From an uncultured delta proteobacterium (lineage in GTDB: Bacteria; Myxococcota_A; Polyangia; Fen-1088): a stretch of 64,000 nt of DNA. Below, piece after piece: positions 63,217 through 64,000 of the stretch. Numbering within the stretch: position 1 is the first letter of the stretch; every line of letters begins with the position of its first letter. A program made the translations under genes and the position numbers. The notes beneath the pieces were generated by a model. The model saw only the letters and a program-made list of their open reading frames with translations. It searched no databases and was not told the DNA's origin. Location: assembly GCA_963737265.1 (NCBI GenBank), contig CAVTRY010000014.1, positions 64,001 to 128,000 on the forward strand. Direction: 5' to 3'.

Positions 63217-64000
63217 CGGAACGATCCGGGCCTCTTTCTGATCGACCCCATCTCGGCGTCGTCATTATCGGTCGCAACGAAGGCGAGCGGTTGCGCCGGT
63301 GCCTCCTCTCTTTAACGGAGCGTGCGTCGTGGCTGGTCTACGTGGATTCTGGATCCATCGATGGCAGCGTCGCGCTGGCGGCGGAAATTGGCGCGCACGT
63401 CGTCGAGTTGGATCGTTCTCTTCCCTTCACCGCAGCCCGAGCGCGCAACGCGGGATTCGCCAAGCTGCGCGAGCTCGAATCTGCTCTCGCGTTGGTCCAG
63501 TTCGTCGACGGGGATTGCGAGGTGGCCGCCGACTGGCTTGAAAAGGCGATCCCGCAAATCCTCAGCGATCCTAGGTTGGCGGTCGTGTGCGGTAGGCGAC
63601 GCGAGCGCTATCCCAAGGCATCCATTTACAACCGGTTGTGCGACATCGAGTGGAACACAACCGTCGGCAATGCGGATGCGTGCGGCGGTGACGCCCTGAT
63701 GCGGAGTGGGCCGCTGTCCGAAGTGGGCGGCTACAATCCTGAGTTGATTGCCGGCGAAGAGCCCGACCTTTGCCTGCGTTTGCGCCAGCGCGGATTTCGC
63801 ATTTTGCGCATGGATGCGGAGATGACGTTGCATGATGCCAACATCACTCGATTCTGCCAATGGTGGAGACGAAGCGTACGCAGCGGACATGCCTATGCCG
63901 AAGGATTCACACGCCATCGGCGCGAGCCCGGGAAATACTGCGCCAGGGAAGTGCGGAGCAATCTCGTGTGGGGTGCCATGCTGCCCGGCCTGATCCTCGC
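63213..64000 (+). CDS. GT2 family glycosyltransferase, runs off the window
   Basis: GTG 63213 overlaps the upstream stop; VVIIGRNEGERL, YVDSGS, FTAARARNAG, FVDGDC, GEEPDLC. Confidence 0.9.
   Translation, partial: MTERSGPLSDRPHLGVVIIGRNEGERLRRCLLSLTERASWLVYVDSGSIDGSVALAAEIGAHVVELDRSLPFTAARARNAGFAKLRELESALALVQFVDGDCEVAADWLEKAIPQILSDPRLAVVCGRRRERYPKASIYNRLCDIEWNTTVGNADACGGDALMRSGPLSEVGGYNPELIAGEEPDLCLRLRQRGFRILRMDAEMTLHDANITRFCQWWRRSVRSGHAYAEGFTRHRREPGKYCAREVRSNLVWGAMLPGLIL

Overview
GC-rich bacterial chromosomal segment. Gene content suggests Myxococcota, probably Polyangia-like (inference from Frz-like chemosensory genes, a Ser/Thr kinase, and TPR/PEGA and Cys-rich secreted proteins). 1-28 kb is mostly housekeeping and signalling: ihfB, serS, a minimal CheW-MCP-CheA operon with a divergent REC-PP2C gene, pyrE, aroE/aroK, a two-component pair, aguBA, an alginate-lyase-family gene, larE and an AmpG-like transporter. 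28-39 kb is an accessory zone with a complete class IIC group II intron (29221-31106), an uncharacterised three-gene operon, several abruptly truncated gene fragments, fba and an AbiE-type toxin-antitoxin pair. 39-44.6 kb holds a sulfatase-fold membrane protein and iscS-mnmA. 44.8-64 kb is a surface-polysaccharide locus. Its most notable content is an apparent glycerate-transfer system: FkbH + standalone ACP + MBOAT with a C-terminal FIYFQF motif + a partner protein, plus a second FkbH fused to an ACP and a Cys-nucleophile thioesterase. About ten genes carry single-base frameshifts that look like long-read sequencing errors. No tRNA, rRNA or CRISPR array was recognised. All calls come from reading motifs by eye; no database searches were run.
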